From the NCBI RefSeq assembly GCF_009914755.1, contig NC_060925.1: DNA of 64,000 nt; one strand, written 5' to 3'. Shown piece after piece: positions 12,617 to 28,600 of this stretch. How positions within the stretch are numbered: position 1 is the stretch's first letter; each line of letters begins with the position of its first letter. The DNA is from the human T2T-CHM13v2.0 reference genome, Homo sapiens. Made by a program: the position numbers and the translations under genes. The notes under the pieces were generated by a model. The model searched no databases. It had not been told where the DNA came from and saw only the letters and a program-made list of their open reading frames with translations.

Positions 12617-15600
12617 ATGTAAGGGGTCATCATCTAATGGAATCACATGGAATCATCATCAAATGGAATCGAATGGAATCATCATCAAATGGAATCTAAT
12701 GGAATCATTGAACAGAATTGAATGGAATGGTCATCGAATGAATTGAATGCAATCATCGAATGGTCTCGAATGGAATCATCTTCTAATGGAAAGGAATGGA
12801 ATCATCGCATAGAATCGAATGGAATTATCATCGAATGGAATCGAATGGTATCAACACCAAACGGAAAAAAACGGAATTATCGAATGGAATCGAAGAGAAT
12901 CTTCGAACGGACCCGAATGGAATCATCTAATGGAATGGAATGGAATAATCCATGGACTCGAATGCAATCATCATCGAATGGAATCGAATGGAATCATCGA
13001 ATGGACTCGAATGGAATAATCATTGAACGGAATCGATTGGAATCATCATCGGATGGAAACGAATGGAATCATCATCGAATGGAAATGAAAGGAGTCATCA
13101 TCTAATGGAATTGCATGGAATCATCATAAAATGGAATCGAATGGAATCAACATCAAATGGAATCAAATGGAATCATTGAACGGAATTGAATGGAATCGTC
13201 ATCGAATGAATTGACTGCAATCATCGAATGGTCTCGAATGGAATCATCTTCAAATGGAATGGAATGGAATCATCGCATAGAATCGAATGGAATTATCATC
13301 GAATGGAATCGAATGGAATCAACATCAAACGGAAAAAAACAGAATTATCGTATGGAATCGAAGAGAATCATCGAATGGACCCGAATGGAATCATCTAATG
13401 GAATGGAATGGAATAATCCATGGACTCGAATGCAATCATCATCGAATGGAATCGAATGGAATCATCGAATGGACTCGAATGGAATAATCATTGAACGGAA
13501 TCGAATGGAATCATCATCGGATGGAAATGAATGGAATCATCATCGAATGGAATCGAATAGAATTATGGAATGAAATCCAGTGTGATCATCATCGAATGGA
13601 CCCGAATGGAATCATCATCCAACGGAAGCTAATGGAATCAACATCGAATGAATCGAATGGAAACACCATCGAATTGAAACGTATGGAATTATCATGAAAT
13701 TGAAATGGATGGACTCATCATCGAATGGATTCGAATGGAATCATCGAATAAAATTGATTGAAATCATCATCCAATGGAATCGAATGGTATCATTGAATGG
13801 AATCGAATGGAATCATCATCAGATGGAAATGAATGGAATCGTCATAAAATGGAATCGAATGGATTCATTGAATGGAATCAGATGGAATCATCGAATGGAC
13901 TGGAATGGAATCATTGAATGGACTCGAAAGGGATCATTATTGAATGGAATTGAATGGAATCATCCAATGGTCTCGATTGGAATCATTATCAAATGGAATC
14001 GAATGGAATCACCGAATAGAATCGAATGGAACAATCATCGAATGGACTCAAATGGAATTATCCTCCAATGGAATCGAATGGAATTATCGAATGCAATCGA
14101 ATGGAATTATCGAATGCAATCGAATAGAATCATCGAATGGACTCGAATGGAATCATCGAATGGAATGGAATGGAACAGTCAATGAACTCGAATGGAATCA
14201 TCATTGAATGGAATCGAATGGAATCATCGAGTGGAATCGAATGGAATTATGATCAAATGGAATCGAATGTAATCATCATCAAATGGAATCAAAAATAACC
14301 ATCATCAATTGGTATTGAATGGAATTGTCGTCAAATGGAATTCAAAGGAATCATCATCAAATGGAACCGAATGGAATCCTCATTGAATGGAAATGAAAGG
14401 GGTCATCATCTAATGGAATCGCATGGAATCATCATCAAATGGAATCGAATGGAATCATCATCAAATGGAATCTAATGGAATCATTGAACAGAATTGAATG
14501 GAATCGTCATCGAATGAATTGAATGCAATCATCGAATGGTCTCGAATGCAATCATCTTCTAATGGAAAGGAATGGAATCATCGCATAGAATCGAATGGAA
14601 TTATCATCGAATGGAATCGAATGGTATCAACACCAAACGGAAAAAAACGGAATTATCGAATGGAATCGAAGAGAATCTTCGAACGGACCCGAATGGAATC
14701 ATCTAATGGAATGGAATGGAATAATCCATGGACTCGAATGCAATCATCATCGAATGGAATCGAATGGAATCATCGAATGGACTCGAATGGAATAATCATT
14801 GAACGGAATCGAATGGAATCATCATCGGATGGAAACGAATGGAATCATCATAGAATGGAAATGAAAGGAGTCATCATCTAATGGAATTGCATGGAATCAT
14901 CATAAAATGGAATCGAATGGAATCAACATCAAATGGAATCAAATGGAATCATTGAACGGAATTGAATGGAATCGTCATCGAATGAATTGACTGCAATCAT
15001 CGAATGGTCTCGAATGGAATCATCTTCAAATGGAATGGAATGGAATCATCGCATAGAATCGAATGGAATTATCATCGAATGGAATCGAATGGAATCAACA
15101 TCAAACGGAAAAAAACGGAATTATCGAATGGAATCGAAGAGAATCATCGAATGGACCCGAATGGAATCATCTAATGGAATGGAATGGAATAATCCATGCA
15201 CTCGAATGCAATCATCATCGAATGGAATCGAATGGAATCATCGAATGGACTCGAATGGAATAATCATTGAACGGAATCGAATGGAATCATCATCAGATGG
15301 AAACGAATGGAATCATCATCGAATGGAAATGAAAGGAGTCATCATCTAATGGAATTGCATGGAATCATCATAAAATGGAATCGAATGGAATCAACATCAA
15401 ATGGAATCAAATGGAATCATTGAACGGAATTGAATGGAATCGTCATCGAATGAATTGACTGCAATCATCGAATGGTCTCGAATGGAATCATCTTCAAATG
15501 GAATGGAATGGAATCATCGCATAGAATCGAATGGAATTATCATCAAATGGAATCGAATGGAATCAACATCAAACGGAAAAAAACAGAATTATCGTATGGA

Positions 15601-18600
15601 ATCGAATAGAATCATCGAATGGACCTGAATGGAATCATCTAATGGAATGGAATGGAATAATCCATGGACTCGAATGCAATCATCATCGAATGGAATCGAA
15701 TGGAATCATCGAATGGACTCGAATGGAATAATCATTGAACGGAATCGAATGGAATCATCATCGGATGGAAATGAATGGAATCATCATCGAGTGGAATCGA
15801 ATAGAATTATGGAATGAAATCCAGTGTGATCATCATCGAATGGACCCGAATGGAATCATCATCCAACGGAAGCTAATGGAATCAACATCGAATGAATCGA
15901 ATGGAAACACCATCGAATTGAAACGAATGGAATTATCATGAAATTGAAATGGATGGACTCATCATCGAATGGATTCGAATGGAATCATCGAATAAAATTG
16001 ATTGAAATCATCATCCAATGGAATCGAATGGTATCATTGAATGGAATCGAATGGAATCATCATCAGATGGAAATGAATGGAATCGTCATAAAATGGAATC
16101 GAATGGATTCATTGAATGGAATCAGATGGAATCATGGAATGGACTGGAATGGAATCATTGAATGGACTCGAAAGGGATCATTATTGAATGGAATTGAATG
16201 GAATCATCGAATGGTCTCGATTGGAATCATTACCAAATGGAATCGAATGGAATCACCGAACAGAATCGAATGGAACAATCATCGAATGGACTCAAATGGA
16301 ATTATCCTCCAATGGAATCGAATGGAATTATCGAATGCAATCGAATGGAATTATCGAATGCAATCGAATAGAATCATCGAATGGACTCGAATGGAATCAT
16401 CGAATGGAATGGAATGGAACAGTCAATGAACTCGAATGGAATCATCATTGAATGGAATCGAATGGAATCATCGAGTGGAATCGAATGGAATTATGATCAA
16501 ATGGAATCGAATGTAATCATCATCAAATGGAATCAAAAATAACCATCATCAATTGGTATTGAATGGAATTGTCATCAAATGGAATTCAAAGGAATCATCA
16601 TCAAATGGAACCGAATGGAATCCTCATTGAATGGAAATGAAAGGGGTCATCATCTAATGGAATCGCATGGAATCATCATCAAATGGAATCGAATGGAATC
16701 ATCATCAAATGGAATCTAATGGAATCATTGAACAGAATTGAATGGAATCGTCATCGAATGAATTGAATGCAATCATCGAATGGTCTCGAATGGAATCATC
16801 TTCTAATGGAAAGGAATGGAATCATCGCATAGAATCGAATGGAATTATCATCGAATGGAATCGAATGGTATCAACACCAAACGGAAAAAAACGGAATTAT
16901 CGAATGGAATCGAAGAGAATCTTCGAACGGACCCGAATGGAATCATCTAATGGAATGGAATGGAATAATCCATGGACTCGAATGCAATCATCATCGAATG
17001 GAATCGAATGGAATCATCGAATGGACTCGAATGGAATAATCATTGAACGGAATCGAATGGAATCATCATCGGATGGAAACGAATGGAATCATCATAGAAT
17101 GGAAATGAAAGGAGTCATCATCTAATGGAATTGCATGGAATCATCATAAAATGGAATCGAATGGAATCAACATCAAATGGAATCAAATGGAATCATTGAA
17201 CGGAATTGAATGGAATCGTCATCGAATGAATTGACTGCAATCATCGAATGGTCTCGAATGGAATCATCTTCAAATGGAATGGAATGGAATCATCGCATAG
17301 AATCGAATGGAATTATCATCGAATGGAATCGAATGGAATCAACATCAAACGGAAAAAAACGGAATTATCGAATGGAATCGAAGAGAATCATCGAATGGAC
17401 CCGAATGGAATCATCTAATGGAATGGAATGGAATAATCCATGCACTCGAATGCAATCATCATCGAATGGAATCGAATGGAATCATCGAATGGACTCGAAT
17501 GGAATAATCATTGAACGGAATAGAATGGAATCATCATCGGATGGAAATGAATGGAATCATCATCGAATGGAATCGAATAGAATTATGGAATGAAATCCAG
17601 TGTGATCATCATCGAATGGACCCGAATGGAATCATCATCCAACGGAAGCTAATGGAATCAACATCGAATGAATCGAATGGAAACACCATCGAATTGAAAC
17701 GAATGGAATTATCATGAAATTGAAATGGATGGACTCATCATCGAATGGATTCGAATGGAATCATCGAATAAAATTGATTGAAATCATCATCGAATGGAAT
17801 CGAATGGTATCATTGAATGGAATCGAATGGAATCATCATCAGATGGAAATGAATGGAATCGTCATAGAATGGAATCGAATGGATTCATTGAATGGAATCA
17901 GATGGAATCATCGAATGGACTGGAATGGAATCATTGAATGGACTCGAAAGGGATCATTATTGAATGGAATTGAATGGAATCATCGAATGGTCTCGATTGG
18001 AATCATTATCAAATGGAATCGAATGGAATCACCGAATAGAATCGAATGGAACAATCATCGAATGGACTCAAATGGAATTATCCTCCAATGGAATCGAATG
18101 GAATTATCGAATGCAATCGAATGGAATTATCGAATGCAATCGAATAGAATCATCGAATGGACTCGAATGGAATCATCGAATGGAATGGAATGGAACAGTC
18201 AATGAACTCGAATGGAATCATCATTGAATGGAATCGAATGGAATCATCGAGTGGAATCGAATGGAATTATGATCAAATGGAATCGAATGTTATCATCATC
18301 AAATGGAATCAAAAATAACCATCATCAATTGGTATTGAATGGAATTGTCATCAAATGGAATTCAAAGGAATCATCATCAAATGGAACCGAATGGAATCCT
18401 CATTGAATGGAAATGAAAGGGGTCATCATCTAATGGAATCGCATGGAATCATCATCAAATGGAATCGAATGGAATCATCATCAAATGGAATCTAATGGAA
18501 TCATTGAACAGAATTGAATGGAATGGTCATCGAATGAATTGAATGCAATCATCGAATGGTCTCGAATGGAATCATCTTCAAATGGAATGGAATGGAATCA

Positions 18601-21600
18601 TCGCATAGAATCGAATGGAATTATCATCGAATGGAATCGAATGGAATCAACATCAAACGGAAAAAAACGGAATTATCGAATGGAATCGAAGAGAATCATC
18701 GAATGGACCCGAATGGAATCATCTAATGGAATGGAATGGAATAATCCATGGACTGGAAGGTAATCATCATTGAACGGAATCGAAAGGAATCATCATCGGA
18801 TGGAAACGAATGGAATCATCATCGAATGGAAATGAAAGGAGTCATCATCTAATGGAATTGCATGGAATCATCATAAAATGGAATCGAATGGAATCAACAT
18901 CAAATGGAATCAAATGGAATCATTGAACGGAATTGAATGGAATCGTCATCGAATGAATTGAATGCAATCATCGAATGGTCTCGAATGGAATCATCTTCAA
19001 ATGGAATGGAAAGGAATCATCGCATAGAATCGAATGGAATTATCATCGAATGGAATCGAATGGAATCAACATCAAACGGAAAAAAACGGAATTATCGAAT
19101 GGAATCGAATAGAATCATCGAATGGACCCGAATGGAATCCTCTAATGGAATGGAATGGAATAATCCGTGGACTCGAATGCAATCATCATCGAATGTAATC
19201 GAATGGAATCATCCAATGGACTCGAATGGAATAATCATTGAACGGAATCGAATGGAATCATCATCGGATGGAAATGAATGGAATCATCATCGAATGGAAT
19301 CGAATAGAATTATGGAATGAAATCCAGTGTGATCATCATCGAATGGACCCGAATGGAATCATCATCCAACGGATGCTAATGGAATCAACATCGAATGAAT
19401 CAAATGGAAACACCATCGAATTGAAACGAATGGAATTACCATGAAATTGAAATGGATGGACTCATCATCGAATGGATTCGAATGGAATCATCAAATAAAA
19501 TTGATTGAAATCATCATCGAATGGAATCGAATGGTATCATTGAATGGAATCGAATGCAATCATCATCAGATGGAAATGAATGGAATCGTCATAGAATGGA
19601 ATCGAATGGATTCATTGAATGGAATCAGATGGAATCATCGAATGGACTGGAATGGAATCATTGAATGGACACGAAAGAGATCATGATTGAATGGAATTGA
19701 ATGGAATCATCGAATGGTCTCGATTGGAATCATTATCAAATGGAATCGAATGGAATCACCGAATAGAATCGAATGGAACAATCATCGAATGGACTCAAAT
19801 GGAATTATCCTCAAATGGAATGGAATGGAATTATCGAATGCAATCGAATGGAATTATCGAATGCAATCGAATAGAATCATTGAATGGACTCGAATGGAAT
19901 AATCATTGAACGGAATCGAATGGAATCATCATCGGATGGAAACGAATGGAATCATCATCGAATGGAAATGAAAGGAGTCATCATCTAATGGAATTGCATG
20001 GAATCATCATAAAATGGAATCGAATGGAATCAACATCAAATGGAATCAAATGGAATCATTGAACGGAATTCAATGGAATCGTCATCGAATGAATTGAATG
20101 CAATCATCGAATGGTCTCGAATGGAATCATCTTCAAATGGAATGGAATGGAATCATCGCATAGAATCGAATGGAATTATCATCGAATGGAATCGAATGGA
20201 ATCAACATCAAACGGAAAAAAACGGAATTATCGAATGGAATCGAAGAGAATCATCGAATGGACCCGAATGGAATCATCTAATGGAATGGAATGGAATAAT
20301 CCATGGACTGGAAGGCAATCATCATTGAACGGAATCGAAAGGAATCATCATCGGATGGAAACGAATGGAATCATCATCGAATGGAAATGAAAGGAGTCAT
20401 CATCTAATGGAATTGCATGGAATCATCATAAAATGGAATCGAATGGAATCATCGAATGGACCCGAATGGAATAATCATTCAATGGAATCGAATGGAATCA
20501 TCATCGGATGGAAATGCAAGGAGTCATCATCTAATGGAATTGCATGGAATCATCATAAAATGGAATCGAATGGAATCAACATCAAATGGAATCAAATGGA
20601 ATCATTGAACGGAATTGAATGGAATCGTCATCGAATGAATTGAATGCAATCATCGAATGGTCTCGAATGGAATCATCTTCAAATGGAATGGAATGGAATC
20701 ATCGCATAGAATCGAATGGAATTATCATCGAATGGAATCGAATGGAATCAACATCAAACGAAAAAAAACGGAATTATCGAATGGGATCGAAGAGAATCAT
20801 CGAATGGACCCGAATGGAATCATCTAATGAAATGGAATGGAATAATCCATGGACTCGAATGCAATCATCATCGAATGGAATCGAATGGAATCATCCAATG
20901 GACTCGAATGGAACAATCATTGAACGGAATCGAATGGAATCATCATCGGATGGAAATGAATGGAATCATCATCGAATGGAATCGAATAGAATTATGGAAT
21001 GAAATCCAGTGTGATCATCATCGAATGGACCCGAATGGAATCATCATCCAACGGAAGCTAATGGAATCAACATCGAATGAATCAAATGGAAACACCATGG
21101 AATTGAAACGAATGGAATTATCATGAAATTGAAATGGATGGACTCATCATCGAATGGATTCGAATGGAATCATCGAATAAAATTGATTGAAATCATCATC
21201 GAATGGAATCGAATGGTATCATTGAATGGAATCGAATGGAATCATCATCAGATGGAAATGAATGGAATCGTCATAGAATGGAATCGAATGGATTCATTGA
21301 ATGGAATCAGATGGAATCATCGAATGGACTGGAATGGAATCATTGAATGGACTCGAAAGGGATTATTATTGAATGGCATTGAATGGAATCATCGAATGGT
21401 CTCGATTGGAATCATTTTCAAATGGAATCGAATGGAATCACCGAATAGAATCGAATGGAACAATCATCGAATGGACTCAAATGGAATTATCCTCAAATGG
21501 AATCGAATGGAATTATCGAATGCAATCGAATGGAATTATCGAATGCAATCGAATAGAATCATCGAATGGACTCGAATGGAATCATCGAATGGAATGGAAT

Positions 21601-24600
21601 GGAACAGTCAATGAACTCGAATGGAATCATCATTGAATGGAATCGAATGGAATCATCGAGTGGAATCGAATGGAATTATGATCAAATGGAATCGAATGTA
21701 ATCATCATCAAATGGAATCAAAAATAACCATCATCAATTGGTATTGAATGGAATTGTCATCAAATGGAATTCAAAGGAATCATCATCAAATGGAACCGAA
21801 TGGAATCCTCATTGAATGGAAATGAAAGGGGTCATCATCTAATGGAATCGCATGGAATCATCATCAAATGGAATCGAATGGAATCATCATCAAATGGAAT
21901 CTAATGGAATCATTGAACAGAATTGAATGGAATCGTCATCGAATGAATTGAATGCAATCATCGAATGGTCTCGAATGGAATCATCTTCTAATGGAAAGGA
22001 ATGGAATCATCGCATAGAATCGAATGGAATTATCATCGAATGGAATCGAATGGTATCAACACCAAACGGAAAAAAACGGAATTATCGAATGGAATCGAAG
22101 AGAATCTTCGAACGGACCCGAATGGAATCATCTAATGGAATGGAATGGAATAATCCATGGACTCGAATGCAATCATCATCGAATGGAATGGAATGGAATC
22201 ATCGAATGGACTCGAATGGAATAATCATTGAACGGAATCGAATGGAATCATCATCGGATGGAAACGAATGGAATCATCATCGAATGGAAATGAAAGGAGT
22301 CATCATCTAATGGAATTGCATGGAATCATCATAAAATGGAATCGAATGGAATCAACATCAAATGGAATCAAATGGAATCATTGAACGGAATTGAATGGAA
22401 TCGTCATAGAATGAATTGAATGCAATCATCGAAAGGTCTCGAATGGAATCATCTTCAAATGGAATGGAATGGAATCATCGCATAGAATCGAATGGAATTA
22501 TCATCGAATGGAATCGAATGGAATCAACATCAATCGGAAAAAAACGGAATTATCGAATGGAATCGAAGAGAATCATCGAATGGACCCGAATGGAATCATC
22601 TAATGGTATGGAATGGAATAATCCATGGACTCGATTGCAATCATCATCAAATGGAATCGAATGGAATCATCGAATGGATTCGAATGGAATAATCATTGAA
22701 CGGAATCGAATGGAATCATCATCGGATGGTAATGAATGGAATCATCATCGAATGGAATCGAATAGAATTATGGAATGAAATCCAGTGTGATCATCATCGA
22801 ATGGACCCGAATGGAATCATCATCCAACGGAAGCTAATGGAATCAACATCGAATGAATCAAATGGAAACACCATCGAATTGAAACGAATGGAATTACCAT
22901 GAAATTGAAATGGATGGACTCATCATCGAATGGATTCGAATGGAATCATCGAATAAAATTGATTGAAATCATCATCGAATGGAATCGAATGGTATCATTG
23001 AATGGAATCGAATGGAATCATCATCAGATGGAAATGAATGGAATCGTCATAGAATGGAATCGAATGGATTCATTGAATGGAATCAGAACGAATCATCGAA
23101 TGGACTGGAATGGAATCATTGAATGGACTCGAAAGGGTCATGATTGAATGGAATTGAATGGAATCATCGAATGGTCTCGATTGGAATCATTATCAAATGG
23201 AATCGAATGGAATCACCGAATAGAATCGAATGGAACAATCATCGAATGGACTCAAATGGAATTATCCTCAAATGGAATCGAATGGAATTATCGAATGCAA
23301 TCGAATAGAATCATCGAAAGGACTCGAATGGAATCATCGAATGGAATGGAATGGAACAGTCAATGAACTCGAATGGAATCATCATTGAATGGAATCGAAT
23401 GGAATCATCGAGTGGAATCGAATGGAATTATGATCAAATGGAATCGAATGTAATCCTCATCAAATGGAATCAAAAATAACCATCATCAATTGGTATTGAA
23501 TGGAATTGTCATCAAATGGAATTCAAAGGAATCATCATCAAATGGAACCGAATGGAATCCTCATTGAATGGAAATGAAAGGGGTCATCATCTAATGGAAT
23601 CGCATGGAATCATCATCAAATGGAATCGAATGGAATCATCATCAAATGGAATCTAATGGAATCATTGAACAGAATTGAATGGAATCGTCATGGAATGAAT
23701 TGAATGCAATCATCGAATGGTCTCGAATGGAATCATCTTCTAATGGAAAGGAATGGAATCATCGCATAGAATCGAATGGAATTATCATCGAATGGAATCG
23801 AATGGTATCAACAGCAAACGGAAAAAAACGGAGTTATCGAATGGAATCGAAGAGAATCTTCGAACGGACCCGAATGGAATCATCTAATGGAATGGAATGG
23901 AATAATCCATGGACTCGAATGCAATCATCATCGAATGGAATCGAATGGAATCATCGAATGGACTCGAATGGAATAATCATTGAACGGAATCGAATGGAAT
24001 CATCATCGGATGGAAACGAATGGAATCATCATCGAATGGAAATGAAAGGAGTCATCATCTAATGGAATTGCATGGAATCATCATAAAATGGAATCGAATG
24101 GAATCAACATCAAATGGAATCAAATGGAATCATTGAACGGAATTGAATGGAATCGTCATCGAATGAATTGAATGCAATCATCGAATGGTCTCGAATGGAA
24201 TCATCTTCAAATGGAATGGAATGGAATCATCGCATAGAATCGAATGGAATTATCATCGAATGGAATCGAATGGAATCAACATCAAACGGAAAAAAACGGA
24301 ATTATCGAATGGAATCGAAGAGAATCATCGAATGGACCCGAATGGAATCATCTAATGGAATGGAATGGAATAATCCATGGACTCGAATGCAATCATCATC
24401 GAATGGAATCGAATGGAATCATCGAATGGACTCGAATGGAATAATCATTGAACGGAATCGAATGGAATCATCATCGGATGGAAATGAATGGAATCATGAT
24501 CGAATGGAATCGAATAGAATTATGGAATGAAATCCAGTGTGATCATCATCGAATGGACCCGAATGGAATCATCATCCAACGGAAGCTAATGGAATCAACA

Positions 24601-25671
24601 TCGAATGAATCGAATGGAAACACCATCGAATTGAAACGAATGGAATTATCATGAAATTGAAATGGATGGACTCATCATCGAATGGATTCGAATGGAATCA
24701 TTGAATAAAATTGATTGAAATCATCATCGAATGGAATCGAATGGTATCATTGAATGGAATCGAATGGAATCATCATCAGATGGAAATGAATGGAATCGTC
24801 ATAGAATGGAATCGAATGGATTCATTGAATGGAATCAGATGGAATCATCGAATGGACTGGAATGGAATCATTGAATGGACTCGAAAGGGATCATGATTGA
24901 ATGGAATTGAATGGAATCATCGAATGGTCTCGATTGGAATCATTATCAAATGGAATCGAATGGAATCACCGAATAGAATCGAATGGAACAATCATCGAAT
25001 GGACTCAAATGGAATTATCCTCAAATGGAATCGAATGGAATTATCGAATGCAATCGAATGGAATTATCGAATGCAATCGAATAGAATCATCGAAAGCACT
25101 CGAATGGAATCATCGAATGGAATGGAATGGAACAGTCAATGAACTCGAATGGAATCATCATTGAATGGAATCGAATGGAATCATCGAGTGGAATCGAATG
25201 GAATTATGATCAAATGGAATCGAATGTAATCATCATCAAATGGAATCAAAAATAACCATCATCAATTGGTATTGAATGGAATTGTCATCAAATGGAATTC
25301 AAAGGAATCATCATCAAATGGAACCGAATGGAATCCTCATTGAATGGAAATGAAAGGGGTCATCATCTAATGGAATCGCATGGAATCATCATCAAATGGA
25401 ATCGAATGGAATCATCATCAAATGGAATCTAATGGAATCATTGAACAGAATTGAATGGAATCGTCATCGAATGAATTGAATGCAATCATCGAATGGTCTC
25501 GAATGGAATCATCTTCTAATGGAAAGGAATGGAATCATCGCATAGAATCGAATGGAATTATCATCGAATGGAATCGAATGGTATCAACACCAAACGGAAA
25601 AAAACGGAATTATCGAATGGAATCGAAGAGAATCTTCGAACGGACCCGAATGGAATCATCTAATGGAATGG

Positions 25672-28600
25672 AATGGAATAATCCATGGACTCGAATGCAA
25701 CCATCATCGAATGGAATCGAATGGAATCATCGAATGGACTCGAATGGAATAATCATTGAACGGAATCGAATGGAATCATCATCGGATGGAAACGAATGGA
25801 ATCATCATCGAATGGAAATGAAAGGAGTCATCATCTAATGGAATTGCATGGAATCATCATAAAATGGAATCGAATGGAATCAACATCAAATGGAATCAAA
25901 CGGAATCATTGAACGGAATTGAATGGAATCGTCATCGAATGAATTGAATGCAATCATCGAATGGTCTCGAATGGAATCATCTTCAAATGGAATGGAATGG
26001 AATCATCGCATAGAATCGAATGGAATTATCATCGAATGCAATCGAATGGAATCAACATCAAACGGAAAAAAACGGAATTATCGAATGGAATCGAATAGAA
26101 TCATCGAATGGACCCGAATCGAATCATCTAATGGAATGGAATGGAATAATCCGTGGACTCGAATGCAATCATCATCGAATGTAATCGAATGGAATCATCC
26201 AATGGACTCGAATGGAATAATCATTGAACGGAATCGAATGGAATCATCATCGGATGGAAATGAATGGAATCATCATCGAATGGAATCGAATAGAATTATG
26301 GAATGAAATCCAGTGTGATCATCATCGAATGGACCCGAATGGAATCATCATCCAACGGATGCTAATGGAATCAACATCGAATGAATCAAATGGAAACACC
26401 ATCGAATTGAAACGAATGGAATTACCATGAAATTGAAATGGTTGGACTCATCATCGAATGGATTCGAATGGAATCATCGAATAAAATTGATTGAAATCAT
26501 CATCGAATGGAATCGAATGGTATCATTGAATGGAATCTAATGCAATCATCATCAGATAGAAATGAATGGAATCGTCATAGAATGGAATCGAATGGATTCA
26601 TTGAATGGAATCAGATGGAATCATCGAATGGACTGGAATGGAATTATTGAATGGACACGAAAGAGATCATGATTGAATGGAATTGAATGGAATCATCGAA
26701 TGGTCTCGATTGGAATCATTATCAAATGGAATCGAATGGAATCACCGAATAGAATCGAATGGAACAATCATCGAATGGACTCAAATGGAATTATCCTCAA
26801 ATGGAATGGAATGGAATTATCGAATGCAATCGAATAGAATCATTGAATGGACTCGAATGGAATAATCATTGAACGGAATCGAATGGAATCATCATCGGAT
26901 GGAAACGAATGGAATCATCATCGAATGGAAATGAAAGGAGACATCATCTAATGGAATTGCATGGTATCATCATAAAATGGAATCGAATGGAATCAACATC
27001 AAATGGAATCAAATGGAATCATTGAACGGAATTGAATGGAATCGTCATCGAATGAATTGAATGCAATCATCGAATGGTCTCGAATGGAATCATCTTCAAA
27101 TGGAATGGAATGGAATCATCGCATAGAATCGAATGGAATTATCATCGAATGGAATCGAATGGAATCAACATCAAACGGAAAAAAACGGAATTATCGAATG
27201 GAATCGAAGAGAATCATCGAATGGACCCGAATGGAATCATCTAATGGAATGGAATGGAATAATCCATGGACTCGAATGCAATCATCATCGAATGGAATCG
27301 AATGGAATCATCGAATGGACACGAATGGAATAATCATTGAATGGAATCGAATGGAATCATCATCGGATGGAAATGAAAGGAGTCATCATCTAATGGAATT
27401 GCATGGAATCATCATAAAATGGAATCGAATGGAATCAACATCAAATGGAATCAAATGGAATCATTGAACGGAATTGAATGGAATCGTCATCGAATGAATT
27501 GAATGCAATCATCGAATGGTCTCGAATGGAATCATCTTCAAATGGAATGGAATGGAATCATCGCATAGAATCGAATGGAATTATCATCGAATGGAATCGA
27601 ATCGAATCAACATCAAACGGAAAAAAACGGAATTATCGAATGGAATCGAAGAGAATCATCGAATGGACCCGAATGGAATCATCTAATGGAATGGAATGGA
27701 ATAATCCATGGACTCGAATGCAATCATCATCGAATGGAATCGAATGGAATCATCCAATGGACTCGAATGGAATAATCATTGAACGGAATCGAATGGAATC
27801 ATCATCGGATGGAAATGAATGGAATCATCATCGAATGGAATCGAATAGAATTATGGAATGAAATCCAGTGTGATCATCATCGAATGGACCCGAATGGAAT
27901 CATCATCCAACGGAAGCTAATGGAATCAACATCGAATGAATCAAATGGAAACACCATCGAATTGAAACGAATGGAATTACCATGAAATTGAAATGGATGG
28001 ACTCATCATCGAATGGATTCGAATGGAATCATCGAATAAAATTGATTGAAATCATCATCGAATGGAATCGAATGGTATCATTGAATGGAATAGAATGGAA
28101 TCATCATCAGATGGAAATGAATGGAATCGTCATAGAATGGAATCGAATGGATTCATTGAATGGAATCAGATGGAATCATCGAATGGACTGGAATGGAATC
28201 ATTGAATGGACTCGAAAGGGATCATGATTGAATGGAATTGAATGGAATCATCGAATGGTCTCGATTGGAATCATTATCAAATGGAATCGAATGGAATCAC
28301 CGAATAGAATCGAATGGAACAATCATCGAATGGACTCAAAAGGAATTATCCTCAAATGGAATCGAATGGAATTATCGAATGCAATCGAATGGAATTATCG
28401 AATGCAATCGAATAGAATCATCGAATGGACTCGAATGGAATCATCGAATGGAATGGAATGGAACAGTCAATGAACTCGAATGGAATCATCATTGAATGGA
28501 ATCGAATGGAATCATCGAGTGGAATCGAATGGAATTATGATCAAATGGAATCGAATGTAATCATCATCAAATGGAATCAAAAATAACCATCATCAATTGG

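Larger units (their letters stand above)
6056..25671 (+). repeat. Super-repeat copy 1 (19,616 bp; boundaries uncertain by ~30 bp)
   Basis: ORFs and private variants recur at +19616 (6307/25923 through 14498/34114) and then +19148 (15434/34582 through 25455/44603). EcoRI spacing series: 3331, 1776, 1776, 1776, 2244, 1776, 3409, 1752, 1776. Confidence 0.93.
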
